Source: Octopus sinensis
Taxonomy: Eukaryota
Direction of reading: 5' to 3'
Assembly (NCBI RefSeq): GCF_006345805.1
Contig: NW_021829853.1
Location: 208,831-272,830 of the forward strand
Length of the DNA stretch: 64,000 bases
Shown piece by piece: positions 1 to 13,215 of the stretch (the stretch's first letter is position 1; every line of letters starts with the position of its first letter). The notes beneath the pieces were generated by a model. The model did no database searches, was not told where the DNA came from, and saw nothing but the letters and a program-made list of their open reading frames with translations. The position numbers and the translations under genes are program-made.

Positions 1-324
1 TTTGTTTGTGAATTATTTTACATTCTTTTTCCCTTGTGGTGTATTGTGAAAACGTTTTCAGTGACATGTATCAACTATATTGACTAAATAAAAATTTTTT
101 TTCCACTTTTTAAAATTTATTCCAAATTCTCATATTATGTTTTAATTAGTATTTAATTAATGCAGAAAGATAATTGGCTAATTGCATGCAAGGTTGTGTG
201 TTTTTGCTTTTACTGTAATTTTTATGGCAGTAATAATTGCAATACTTATTATAGTTCTAATAATGGTAGTAATAAAAGGAAACCTAGTTGAATGCCTTGT
301 GGTGTTTGTTTTGTCTGTGTATAT

Positions 325-560
325 AGATGTGTGGCTTACTGGTTGGGGTGTTGGACTTATGATCATAAGATTGTGGTTTTGATTCCTGGACATTGTGTTC
401 TTGAGCCACGCACTTCATTCCATATTGCTCCAGTTCACTCAACTGGCCAGAATGAGGAGTCCTGCAATGGACCGGCGTCCTGTCCTGGCCAAAATATATG
501 TGCCACGGAAACCAGGAGACTGGCCCTTTATGAATCTGTATGACTCGGATAAGGAGATTT
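325..560 (+). mobile_element. Old tRNA-derived SINE (CORE-like block plus cctgcaatggaccggcgtcctgtcc segment)
   Basis: Degenerate head; body shared with 26790-26850. Confidence 0.5.
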
Positions 561-936
561 ATGTACTCAGGGTTCATTTGTCTGGGGGTTCATAAATAAA
601 AGTATGAATCTAGAATTGGTGGGCTTGATTCTTTTCTGTTCTCTCTCTGATAGGTTGCACTGTGAGAGAAAGGCAGGGACTCCTCTCAAGTCACAAAAAT
701 ATATGAAGTTTAAAATATGTTGCTAAACTCTCTCCAAAATCTTAATTATATTAAAAATGAATTGAACCCCATGTCAGGGGAGTGGGTGTGTACTCATTAG
801 AAAAATGCTCTCAAAAATGGTTAACGAGGCATTTATTTCTGTTACTGCCACAATCTTCCAATTTTCCTTATGATTAATCAATGTTTCATTATCAACGATG
901 CTCAATGTTTATTTTATTTTCTTTTCTTTATTAAAG

Positions 937-1007
937 GCTCATCAACAGTCTGTAGAAAAAGCTGATGTGACAAATATATTTTGTGAACTTTTCCCTCATT
1001 TTCATCG
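937..1007 (+). CDS. Coding exon of host gene (AHQQSVEKADVTNIFCELFPHFH-R)
   Basis: Polypyrimidine tract + AG at 935-936 and GTGAGT donor at 1008. 71 nt, phase 0 to 2; joins 3945 in frame. Confidence 0.75.
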
Positions 1008-1134
1008 GTGAGTCTCCACTTCAATAGTTTCTTGTTTCATCCATCAATTTCAATGTTGCTGCTGGTTTGTGTTAATTTTTTATTTAACGACATTACATTT
1101 ATTCCTGGTATCCAGTTCAACAACAATGTTATTG

Positions 1135-1420
1135 GCTTGCCAGCCCTCAGTCAAACCATCCAACCCATGCCAGCATGGAAAGCAGACGTTAAACGGCAAT
1201 GATGATGATGATGATTAAAGAACTGGTGCTGGTGCCATGTAAAAAAGCATATCATGCACTCTGTAAAGTGGTTGGCATTACGACTGGTGTCTAGCTGTTG
1301 AAACCATGCCAGAACAAATGGTTGGAGCCTGGTGCAGCCCTCAACCATACCAGCTTCTGTCAAACCATTCTACCCATGCCAGTATGGAAGAAAATACAAA
1401 AAATGATGATGATGATGATG
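1135..1420 (+). mobile_element. Family A (RTE 3'-UTR) fragments, two adjacent pieces
   Basis: caacccatgccagcatggaa...gatgatgat tails at ~1200 and ~1405. Confidence 0.75.
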
Positions 1421-1604
1421 ATGAAAGAACTTGTTGAGTTTATTAATTTTTCATCCCTATCTTCTGAAAAGTTTTAGTTTTGGGAAATTGTGTCTGAGAC
1501 CAATGCTAGCAGATTTGGTAAAATGGAAGTATGAATTGGGGATCGATTCATTAATCTAACCTTTGTGACATTTCTTAGTGTTGTAGCTTATGTATTGATT
1601 TTCA

Positions 1605-1945
1605 TCATCACCATCATCATCATTGATTAACGCCCGTTTTCCATGCTGGTATGGGTTGGATGGTTTGACCGAGGTGTGGTGAGCCAGCAGCTGCACCAGG
1701 CTCCAATCTGGTATGGCAGAGTTTCTACAGCTGGATGCCCTTCCTAACACTAACCACTCCGAGAGTGTAGTGAGTGCTTTTTATGTGCCACCGGCACAGG
1801 AGTCAGTAAGGCGGGCCCTATCAACGATCACGTTTGGATGGTGCTTTTTACGTGCCACTGGCACAGGAGCCAGTCAGGGGTACTGGCATCAGTCACGATT
1901 GGTTGGTGCTTTTTACATGCTACTGGTACTGGAGCCAGTAAGGTG
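1605..1945 (-). mobile_element. Family A copy
   Basis: (CAT)n start, ggatgcccttcctaac block, two hairpin units. Confidence 0.85.
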
Positions 1946-2532
1946 GCTGTGTTCAAAATATTTCCTATATGATCTTCTGTAAAATGTTTCATGTTGTGTA
2001 TTTGCTGTGAACAGATCAATATTCTTGAAGTGATTGAAATATTTTCTAATTTACGAAACATTAAATCACTGGAGTGGGAAGTTAAGAAATGATTAAGGCA
2101 GAGATATCTGCTATTCCTTCTAATTAGGGGAGTTGGTAAAATATTCCCTGTTAGATCCCCACCTTAATTAGTTAATTTATAGAAACTATTAAAGAACAGT
2201 AAAACAAATACAAGACGCCCATTTCCTCATCGTTTTGGACCTGTGATGAGGTGATCAGATCTGAATGGCTGGTGTGAGTTACTGAGTGGTTGATGATAGA
2301 GAATGGTCAAGAAGTTCACTTCACAATCAGAAGGTCATAAGTTCAATTCCACTGCATGGCACCTTGGGCAAGTGTCACTTTTTATAGGCTTGGGTTCATC
2401 AATCATTTGTGAGTGAAATTGAAGAGGTGGAAATTGTATGGAAGCCTGTTGGATGGATTCAGTCTGACCCAGCCTGAAATTTACAAGTTCTCTGGAATAC
2501 TCATCCTCGTCTGGCATTCAACGTTGGTTTAA

Positions 2533-2752
2533 CTCTTTCGTCACTGTATTTATTTTGAGATGTTCTGTGTTTCTTTCAATTACTTTAAATATAACAAAAA
2601 ATTTAGTAAAATAACTTAGTTACCATTCAGCTAGTATTAAGAACATAAGTTGTGACTAAGGTTTGATGGAAGATTTTAATTCAAAACTTATGAAAACAAA
2701 GCATTTGTACTCAGAGCCAGAGACGGTTTCAGCCAGATTGGTAATGAAAGGG
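2533..2752. mobile_element. piggyBac-type MITE
   Basis: TTAA at 2529-2532 and 2753-2756; ends ctctttcgtcac / gtaatgaaaggg are imperfect TIRs. Confidence 0.7.
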
Positions 2753-3944
2753 TTAATAGGATGTTAACAAAATGACCAAGTGATTAAATTGCTGCTACAA
2801 AATGAATGTAAAAAGAAAAAAAAAAAAGATAATGCTAAACCTATACATAAAAGTAGGGATTCAACCTGAGCTATTTATGGCTTGTAATCCTTACTCAAAG
2901 ATCCTTTTTGTCAAATTTTCAGAAATCAGGTTTGTTATCAAGTGAATTTTGCCAACTTTATAACGAGGCCCTATACACTGGGTTTGGTTGGTTTTTTATA
3001 ATAGGACCATCCAGGCTGGATTTGGCTGATGTTAGAATGAGGCCAGATCTGTAATGGAAAGTTTTAAAATATCTTTCAGTTGTTTTGATCTTGTGTCATT
3101 TATTTGGAGATTTAACTTAAATATTGAATGGCACCCGGGAATTGTGGTTGTTGGCAGTGCCATGTAAGTGGCACCCATGTATCATAGTCATGGTTATTGC
3201 TGGGACCATGTACATAGCACCTGTGACTCATAGTCTTGGATGTTGTTGGTGTTGTGCAAATGGCACCTGTGCTGATGGCACAGGAAAGCACCCGTTACAT
3301 TCTTGGAGTGGTTGATGTTAGGAGGGGCATCCAGTTGTAGAAAGCATGCCAAATCAGGCTGGAACCTGGTACAGCCCTCCGGCTCATCAGCTCCAGTCAA
3401 ACTGTCCAACCCATGAAGAGTGGACATTACATGGTGATGATGATGGTGATGATGCATTTTTTGTGTTTGATTGACCAGGATCTTTTCTGAAATTACAAAT
3501 TCGCATGTTTGTAGATTGTTTGGAAGCAGCAGCAGCAGTTTAACTGCTGGATTCCTTTTCTAATGTTAACTTCCCAAACGAGAACAGGTTTCCCATTAGT
3601 AAACCAATGTCAGGCTTTAACATAGACAGCTAATTGAACCAATTGTTCCGTTGTACTTTTCTTTTCACACTCACTGAACTTCAGTTTGTAATTTCATTAC
3701 AAAAATGTCGTCTTATTTCACTTTAATCAATAATGTTATCACTTTACTGCTACATGTTAATCCTAAAATTCCAGCCTCGGCAAAATATAAACCATTTTTC
3801 TAAATTTAATGCTTTTTGAAATTGTTCTGTACAATAAGACAGTGAAAGATAGAAAATGGTCTTTTTTTCCATCTCTCATTAAGATGTTGTCAGTATTACT
3901 TGACTAATTTTGAAATGATGTTTTTTTGGTTTCTTCTTTTATAG

Positions 3945-4006
3945 AAGTATTTTGGAAAGATTTGTGCAAGAAGAATGTCATAATGCTGAGAAAGGCAACA
4001 GCCAGA
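3945..4006 (+). CDS. Coding exon of host gene (SILERFVQEECHNAEKGNSQ)
   Basis: ttcttcttttatAG acceptor and GTAAGT donor at 4007. 62 nt, phase 2 to 1; open when joined to both neighbours. Confidence 0.8.
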
Positions 4007-4615
4007 GTAAGTTGGCACATTTAATATTGGCTAATCTACTGAATTCTATTGACACTTCAGCTCAGTATCTAAGAAATAATACACACACACACACACACAC
4101 ACACACAGTTATACGCACATGTTGATGTTTAACTATATAAATCAGGGGTTCTCAACCACAGCTCCTGGGGCTGCATGCAGCCCTCAACCATCCTACTGGC
4201 AGTCCCTGATGCTCTTCCTTCTAAAAATATACTCTTTTACTCTATTTGTTTAAGTCATTTGACTGCGGCCATGCACAGTTTATTGCCCAATGATTGAAGG
4301 GTGCTCTTAAATGGGCTGGTTATACAGCACTGGCATAGGACACAGTTATGGTCTCACTTGACTTGCTGGCTCTTCACAAGCACAGTATATCTCCAAAACA
4401 ATTACAATAAATAAATGTTATAAAAGTACATAACCTACCAACCATCCAACCAACCTTCTGTCCATTGGAATTTCTCTGTGATGTATGTTTATCAATAGAC
4501 ATGGCTGTTGTTCACAGATCTCTTTTTGTTGATTTTCATTTGTAAATTTTTCATATAATTGGGATCCAATTCTATTTGATCCATAGACACCAAAGTTACT
4601 TCAAAACATTTAACA

Positions 4616-5073
4616 ATGGCAGTCCTGGTTTAGGACGAAGGCACGATCTGTGTCTTTATATTTTCAAACAAGGGAATCTAGCAGCCCCCACTCAACTCAA
4701 AACAATATCTGAGTTTTTTCTTCACCACATTATTATTAACTTTTTCATGGTGGCATGTAATAAGCACCATACAAGCATGGTCGATGCCAGTGCCACCTGG
4801 CTGGTCCCATGCTGTTGGCATGTAAAAAACACCATTTTAGCGTGGTCGATGCCAGTGCTGGTAGCATGTAAAAAGCACCCACTATGCTCTCGGAGTTCGG
4901 GTGATAGATTTCCTTGTTTGATATATGACACAGATTGTGTCGTATAGCCAGCTGGAGACGATGTCTCTTGGGGCTAAATTACAGCATCATTCATCCTAAA
5001 CCAGGACTGACATGTTATGTTGGCAAAGAATATTTACTCCAAAGTACTGTTGCTGAATATCTCTCATTGTGAG
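4616..5073. mobile_element. Second copy of the 27.4-kb palindromic family; centre replaced by family A fragments
   Basis: atggcagtcctggtttagga at 4616 and its reverse complement at ~4995-5013; the long arm matches 27391-27560. Confidence 0.75.
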
Positions 5074-5387
5074 AAATAAAAATAGTAATTTTCTGATTTA
5101 GTAGTTTATTAGCAATGTTTAAGGTAAGCAGCAGGAGAATTGTTTTGTGCAAAATCCTTACCCTTTGTTTCAAGACAATTTTGAAGACGTCAATGCAGGT
5201 TAAGATATAACGTTTCTGTGTTTCCTCAATGATTCAGATGTGTCTAATTTGGAAGTAGAAAGTCTACGCTTCGTTGATGAGGTCTTAAGACTGAAACATG
5301 TTCACTGTTGTCTCATCTTCCCAAAATAATTAAAATAATGATTTGTTATTGACTAACAGTATTTTTTCTTCACCGCATTATTATTAA

Positions 5388-5815
5388 CTTGAGCCTGGTG
5401 CAGCCATCTGGTTCGCCAGCCCTCAGTCAAAATCGTCCGACCCATGCTAGCATGGAAAGCAGATGTTAAACGATGATGATGATGATGATTTGCATGGTGT
5501 CATGTAAAAAGCACCATATGAGCGTGGTCGATGCCAGTGCCGCCTGACTGGTCTCATGTTGGTGGCATGTAAAAAGCACCATTTGAGCGTGGTCGATGCC
5601 ACTGCCACTTGACTGGCCACCGTGCCAGTGGCATGTAAAAAGCACCCACTACACTCTGAGTGGTTGGCATCAGGAAGGGCATCCAGCTGTAGAAACCTTG
5701 TCAGATTACATTGGAGCCTGGTGCAGCCTCCTGGCTTGCCAGTCCTCAGTCAAACCATCCAACCCATTCCAGCATGGAAAGTGGACGTTAAACGATGATG
5801 ATAATGAACCATAAA
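5388..5815 (+). mobile_element. Family A, two tandem pieces
   Basis: Two GAT-tailed ends (~5470 and ~5795). Confidence 0.85.
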
Positions 5816-6321
5816 TGTTGGTATAAAACCATGGTTGGACCCGCTCCGGCCTCTGACCCGCAGGTGTGCTTTCTCCTCTCTACTACTACTACAACAACAG
5901 TCTCTTGTACCCCATTCACCTAGGTACTCTGATTCTCTCCCTTTCATTACCCATGTTACTGTCTCCCACCCCAGCCTGCACCAACCCTTATGCTCAGTCC
6001 TCCCCTCCCAGAATGCTTGTTCCTCGGAATCCCTTTCCTTGTTAATGTTGACCTGCTCTACTCTAAGCAGAACATTAACAAGCACCAATATTACCAGTCT
6101 CAGATGGTCTGCAAATACCAAGGGTGCCACCCTTTCCTCAAGGCTCATTGAAAATAGGCTAAAATGCTCTATGGACTTTGATTTATAGTTGGGTATGTCG
6201 TACATTTAACCCCTAATGAATATATAACAAATGTTGTACATTTGTTTAAAAATAATTAAAAACTGCCCATCACATGGCATGCACGGGTTTTATGTGAACT
6301 TGTCTGTCCTTTTTTTTCTAT

Positions 6322-6870
6322 ATCATCTTCATCATCGTTTAGCGTCCGTTTTCCATGCTAGCATGGGTTGGACGGTTCAACTGGGGTCTGTGAAGCCGGA
6401 AGGCTTCATCAGGCCCAGTCAGATCTGGCAGTGTTTCTACGGCTGGATGCCCTTCCTAACGTCAACCACTCCGTGAGTGTAGTGGGTGCTTTTTACGTGC
6501 CACCCCCACAGGTGCCAGACAGAGCTGGCAAACGGCCACGAACGGATGGTGCTTTTTACGTGCCACCGGCACGAGGCCAGTCGGGGCGGCGCTGGCAACG
6601 ATCACGAACGGATGGTTCTCTTACATGCCACCGGCACTGGTAACACATCTGCAATTTCCATTGATCGATTTCGATTCTGATCCTCACTTGCCTCAACAGG
6701 TCTTCACAAGTAGAGTTTTGTGTCCCAAGAAGGGAAGGTATGCATACGTAGGCTGGCTCCATCCCATGTAGAAGGCCACGGGTTATGGTCTCACTTGTCC
6801 TGCCGGGTCTTCTCGCGCACAGCACACTTCCAGAGGTCTCGGTCTCTAGTCATTTCCTCAGTGAGACCTA
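6322..6870 (-). mobile_element. 5'-truncated RTE copy: ORF end + 3' UTR + (GAT)n tail (repeat family A)
   Basis: Minus strand reads LGLTEEMTRDRDLWKCAVREKTRQDK*, then UTR, hairpin units, the conserved AGGAAGGGCATCCAGC block, a terminal palindrome and a GAT tail. Confidence 0.85.
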
Positions 6871-6871
6871 A

Positions 6872-7097
6872 ATATCGCAATTAAAATAAATGGGGGCACA
6901 CAGTTGATTCCATCGCTACAAAATCACGGTTGATGTTGTTACCCCTTCTCATATATCCTGCCGTTAGCTTTGCTTCTGTTACAGCAAGATAGAAATTCGC
7001 AGTTTACAGCCACTTGTTGAGAAGGTGTAACAACATCAACCATTATATTGTAGTGATGGAATCAACTGTGTATCCCTGTTCATTTTAACTACAATAT
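6872..7097. mobile_element. MITE-like element with ~80-bp terminal inverted repeats
   Basis: cacagttgattccatc.ctaca...ccttctca (to 6951) is mirrored from 7018; spacer ~66 bp. Confidence 0.75.
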
Positions 7098-7432
7098 ATG
7101 GAAAAACAAATGGACAAGTTCACATGGAACTCCTGCATGCCATGTGACTGGCAGTTTTTAATTATTTAAGCAAATATTCAGCATTTGTTATACATTGATT
7201 ATATATTGAACTACACTCTTGGAGTGGTTGGTGTTAGGAAGGGCATCCAGCTGTAGAAACATTGCCAGATCAGATTGGAGCCTGGTGCAACCTCTTGGTT
7301 TACCAGTCTTCGGTCAAACCGTCCAATCCATACCAGCATGGAAGATAGACATTAAATGATGATGATGATTAGGAGTTCAATACACAACATTGGCCACCTC
7401 CATAACAAAGTTGATTCAATGGGTTTCTTCTT

Positions 7433-7665
7433 CTTATTTCGTTACTACCCACAAGGGGCTAAATACAGAGAGGACAAACAAGGACAGACAAACGGATTGT
7501 CGATTATATCGACTCCAGTGCGTAACTGGTACTTATTTAATTGACCCCGAAAGGATGAAAGGCAAAGTCGACCTTGGCAGAATTTGAACTCAGAACTTAA
7601 CGGCAGACGAAATACGGCTACACATTTCGCCCGGCATGCTAACATTTCTGCTAGCTCGTTGCCTT
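7433..7665 (-). mobile_element. tRNA-derived SINE family B
   Basis: Head aaggc..gagctggcagaa, B box GAGTTCAAATTC, central gtcgactttgcctttcatcctttcggggtc block. Confidence 0.85.
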
Positions 7666-7872
7666 CTGGGTTTCTTCTTCTGCCAGGTTGCCAGTTAACT
7701 CCAATCATCATCATCTCATTGACTCCATCTGTTTGAGGTTTGGGGTCTCTACCTTCTGCTGATATCACACAGCCTAAAAATATGATGCTTGTGGTCTTTT
7801 GCAGGTTTAATTGTCAAAATATTTTTGTCGCTTTGAAACCGCGACCTGTTCACTGACAAAGCTTCGTGCTGT

Positions 7873-8268
<396 letters not shown>

Positions 8269-8680
8269 ACGTTGCTGAAATTGGAGTGCGTCTCATATGT
8301 TGGTGTTTTTTCTGCTGTCAATTATATTAATTGGTTAAATTACGTATTAAGGGAGATAACTCTGAAAACATTTGTTCGAATTATTCCCCTTGCCGTGTTA
8401 TGTTTATAGTATCCTTTCGTATTAAGTCGATCGAATGTTTCTGAAATAATATTTTTTATCGACAACTTAACATTTAAATCTACTCAAATCTGTTCAATCA
8501 TTACTTTTTTGTATTGAGAATTACAATGACACCAAATAGCTTTCCCTTCTATCTTTCTTCTGTAGAAACGTATTATCTTTTAATCGATATAATCCAGTTT
8601 ATCGTGTACAGCGCACCGTCTCTTTTATAAACCATCTTTTTCTATAAAGAGACCGTCCTTATACTCAAACTGTAAATATT

Positions 8681-8901
8681 TATATTATTTACGTTTGATG
8701 GATATTTGTCCTCACCTTGTTTGTTGTTAATACAACGTTTTGGCTGATATACCCTCCAGCCTTCATCAGGTGTCTTGGAGAAATTTTGAACCTGGGTTCT
8801 CATTCGTAAGATATCGATGATATCATTATTATTATTATTTCGGTCACTGCTCGGAATCTTGGGGTTAGTAGCCCGCACTCTTAACCACTATTCCATATGC
8901 C
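8681..8901 (-). mobile_element. HH-SINE copy (left arm of inverted pair)
   Basis: Matches 15773-16050; hammerhead at 8729-8774 has GAAA mutated to AAAA. Confidence 0.9.
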
Positions 8902-9148
8902 TGTAGTGGTTAAGAGTGCGAGCTACTAACCCCAAGATTCTGAGTTTAGTTCCAAGCACAGACCTGAATAATAATAATAATATCATCGATATCTTAGGAA
9001 TGAGAACCCAGGTTCGAAATTTCTCCAAGACACCTGATGAAGAAGGCTGGAGTGTATATCAACCGAAACGTTGTTAACAACAAACAAGATGAGGACAAAT
9101 ATCCGTCAAATGTAAATAATGTACATAATTCTTCATCTCTTAAATATA
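8902..9148 (+). mobile_element. HH-SINE copy (right arm of inverted pair)
   Basis: Starts inside the A box directly after the left arm; degenerate hammerhead at ~9029-9075. Confidence 0.9.
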
Positions 9149-9151
9149 ATA

Positions 9152-9405
9152 ATAATAATAATTGTGTACAGTGCTCAGGTGCACTACAACTCATCTAAAG
9201 TGTATATATAATCAGGTGTAGTTTTGGTGGATTTCGGAAAGCATGAGGGCCTTAAAGGATGCAGTGTCATGGCAGTCAACAACTGACGCAGGCAGTTTAT
9301 TCCATGCTTCAGCAACTCTGAGCGTGAAAAAATGTTTCCGAAAGTCATGGGAGCTGTGTTGTTTTCTGACTTTGTAGGCATGTCCACGTGTGTTAGACAC
9401 ATGGA
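9152..9405 (-). mobile_element. CR1/L2-group LINE 3' end
   Basis: TRGHAYK...RKHFFTLRVAEAWNKLPASVV...SFK (ORF 9212-9400), a characteristic CR1 C-terminus, followed by an (ATT)n tail. Confidence 0.85.
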
Positions 9406-10554
9406 GATCAATGGAGAATTGTAAATATTTCGTTTAAATCATTGTTTCTCATGGGGCAGGGAGGGTGACTGTGAAATGAAGGGAGGGGTGAGGGGAACAA
9501 ATTACCATATTTAATAATATTAAAATGGTTTTTCCATCTTTGTAGTCTTGGCAAATACCTTAGTAAAGAAAGAAGAATTATATGGTTCCAAAACCTATTT
9601 TGTTTCCATTAACAGAGGAGGAGTGATGCCAAGACTTTTTAACATTTTGATGCAGACGAGGAAATACAATGTTTGTAAATTTTTGACAAACATTAAAAAT
9701 TCAAGGAAAGACTCAAAACTGCATCATTAGTTTCCAGATAGAAGTGTTTCCTTCGTTTTTGGGAATTTAAGTTATTTTTATCTGTTTTCATATTTCTCTA
9801 AATTTTAATAATGACTGCAACTCATTGTGTAAAAAGTATGCATTGGGTCAAGAGTAAAAATGTGAAGACCTAGCAATAACTCAAGCAAATTTTACTGTTG
9901 TTATATATATATATATAGATATACATACATACATACATACATACATACATGTATAGCAAAAATTTGGATTCAGATGAATATAGTACTTAAGTTGAGGCAC
10001 CAGAATTTAGTACGGTATTATCCATACAATTTCAAAATAAGGTGATTAAAATCAAAATAAACAACAAGGATATCCAGAGGTAATGCAGTACGATCATCTC
10101 AAGCAACTCCATTTAATTGAACAATCCTCAGCTGCATAAAGACAAAAAATTTAATTAAATTATAACAGTTGGACACATCAGTAAAATTTTTACCTAAAAT
10201 CCCAAAGAAGGTAAGGAGATAGACAGAGAACATGCTGTCTTCACTTCAGCTTAGAAACTATTAAGGTATCAGGAAAAAAGACTTGTTACAGATTTTGCTT
10301 GTCACTGTTTTATGGGGTCAGTTTTATAGACTAGTTTATCATTATAGACCAGTTTATCAAATCTTAGTATATCTAAGGCCGAAAGAACAAGGAACAGGGG
10401 CTGTTACGAAGGGGGCTGAGGGAGTCGACAGAAATCATAGTGGGTATAGTCATAAAAACTATCAAGATTTATTTGAAGCAATATCATGAGATTTGGTAAA
10501 GGAAATCTTAAATCAAGCCTGAAAAAAACATGGACTACATGAAAAAATGTGAGC

Positions 10555-11347
10555 AAGAGAAATAATATTCTTAAGATTATAAACCTGGAAAATTACAGGA
10601 CAAGTTATTACATTTGGAAAAGTTTAGGACAAGTTATTACATCCGGTAAAGTACAGAACAAGAAAATTTTTACTTAAAATATTGCGGCTAAGGATAAAAT
10701 TTGAATATTAAAAATTATTTGATTTTAATTTACAAAGTAACATTATAATTAACAAAGGGACCATCATTTTGTTAAAATATTGACACACTGCAATACTTAA
10801 AAAATGAGAGCCAGAAGTACCAATACAACTAAAGTTTTATGCAAAATAGAATAGTAAAAATGGTAGGCAAATTCATTATGTAAAAAGTAGGCATTGGGTC
10901 AAGAGTAAAAATGTGAAGACCTAGCAATAACTTAGGCAATAACTCAAGCAAATTTTACTGTGAATTTGTTGTTATAGGTAGATTTTACTGTAATATATAA
11001 CTAATTTTTGTATTATTATTCTATTTATTATACTAACTAATTATGTACTACTATTCATTATAACCTATTTTCAAATTTCTGATTATTTTTTTGAAGTGCA
11101 AAAAATATTTTAACTGATCTTTTTATTATTTTTAATAGAAGTAACAAGTAATAACTAATAAAAGTAATAACCTGTAATAACATTTTTAGTTTTACTAAAA
11201 GCTAATATTTTCTAAATCTAAATATTTTATTTGAAATTTTATCCTCAGCTGCAATATTTTAAGTAAAAATTTTCATGTTATGTACTTTACCATATGTGAT
11301 AACTTTCCTGAACTTTTCTAGGTTTATAATCTTAAGAATATTATTTC

Positions 11348-11350
<3 letters not shown>
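10555..11350. repeat. Inverted repeat, ~150-bp arms (10555-10720 / 11215-11350)
   Basis: aaaatttttacttaaaatattgc... and ttcttaagattataaacct are mirrored on the right arm. Confidence 0.75.
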
Positions 11351-11391
<41 letters not shown>

Positions 11392-13029
11392 CACACACAC
11401 ACATGCACACACATTGTATTTAATATATTTGATGCATCAAATTTGCTTATAACCATGATTGCTTCTATACGCATGCACACCTTTGATATATTTTGTGTGA
11501 AATAAAATTGTATTCTGTTACAGATACTGTTACAGCTTCTTTTCAATAAATACAAGTTTAATGTGTAAACAGTTGAAGTACAAATACATTGCTGGTATTT
11601 GAAAGTGCATGCTGACTATTTGAAGTTGTGATTTAAGTCTGCAGTGACTCCTACGTAACAGTCATTGTTGTACAACTTCAAAACAATTGCTTGATGTGTC
11701 TGTGCATCATTCTGTGGAGTTTACCATTAATGGGAGATGATGCAGAAGCTTGGGAATGGTTGTCGTCTTGTATTCTGCTAGTAAGATGCAAAGCATTTTT
11801 GCTGTTATTTTCTGTTCCTGTTCAGCCAATCCTCAGAACTTTGGTGCAATCACCAGGACATCAGCACAGAAAATATACTGCATCAAGCTCAACCAATAAA
11901 CCTGCACGTAAACTTTACCTCTGCTATGTTCAATGAAGCTTTGAGCTTCTTTGAAAATCCTGTCCAATTAAAGAATTACTGTTGAACCCAGATAAAACTA
12001 AAACTTATCCAAAGATCAAACAATTGATGGCATCTGGTTCAAAAGGAATAATTTTCTTTGATGTTTCTGTTTGAACAAACATTTTGATCTGATGTAATTT
12101 TATCTAAGTTTGTTCAATTAAGCAGATTAGTGTTGTAGTCAATTCGTCTGGAATTGCTATTAATTTACTCATTATCAATGGAGATTGATTTACAACCAAT
12201 TAATTATTTCACTCGTGCATCTAATTAAATGGTTAATTTTATTAAAACAATTTTCTGTTACAGTTTAAATATTTTCTAAATTTCTAAAATTTATATATTG
12301 TTGTACATTATTATCAACATTTAAAGGCGTCCGTGCTTGGAGTAGAATCTTTTTATGTTGGAAATAAAGTGTTGACATATTTAATGGTGAATGAAGTATT
12401 TGAACGAGAAGAAAATGAGAGAAAAAGATTAAATTTTCTTTTCAGTTATTACAATGTGGCAGACACTAATCATTCATAAACACAAAAACTTTGACACCAA
12501 ATAATAAACGATTGTGTATGTGAATGGATAGCATCTGTCTTACACGCTGTAAAAGCCGTAGTTTCAACACAAAGCTTCGGATTAAATCATTGACAAAACA
12601 AATATAATTCCAAAATTATTTTTAATAATTGCTGTCAAGTATGGGAGACAACTCTTTATGATGTTGAATTATTAACTTCAAAATAATGTTAGTCTCCCTT
12701 TAATTTACCAAACTCGTTTTAGACGAAACATTTTACAGTTCTTGAAATTTGGTACGGAAGTTGAATTTCAAATCTTGGAGTCTTTGATGTGCACATTAAT
12801 TGTTGATTTTATTCTTTGAGAGCTAAAACTGTACAAATGCTGAGTTATTAAGAGGTTCCTTATGTGAATTACTAGATTTTCCTCTGCGTGGTTGTGACAC
12901 TCCACACATAACGTGAAATAGGCTGGTAACAATCTTTATGTTGTCTGCAAAATGATTGGAATAATTTCTCATGATATACATTGATGGTATTCCATATGTA
13001 ACGAGGATTTTACTGTTTATTAACTTTCT

Positions 13030-13215
13030 GCCCCTGTGCCGGTGGCACGTAAAAAGTACCCACTATACTCTTGGAGTGGTTGGCGTTAGGAAGGGCATCC
13101 AGCTATAGAAACACTGCCAAATCAGACTGAAGCCTGGTGCAGCCTCCTGGCATCTCAAACCCCTTCGAACCGTCCAACCCATGCCAGTATGGAAAACGGA
13201 CGTTGAACGATGATG
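13030..13215 (+). mobile_element. Family A copy
   Basis: Begins at a gtgccggtggcac hairpin and ends with gatgatga. Confidence 0.85.

Noticed and set aside
5238-5281. Possible exon ATGTGTCT...GATGAG
   Set aside because: Weak donor and incompatible phase (1 to 0); it would interrupt the EF-hand.
7825-7875. gaaac...ctgacaa-agcttcgtgct as a hammerhead
   Set aside because: The core is mutated and no GAAA follows the stem, so it cannot be folded into a valid topology.
11600-11700. Minus-strand YVGVTADL resembling a GIY-YIG motif
   Set aside because: Short, flanked by stops, no supporting domain; a chance match is likely.
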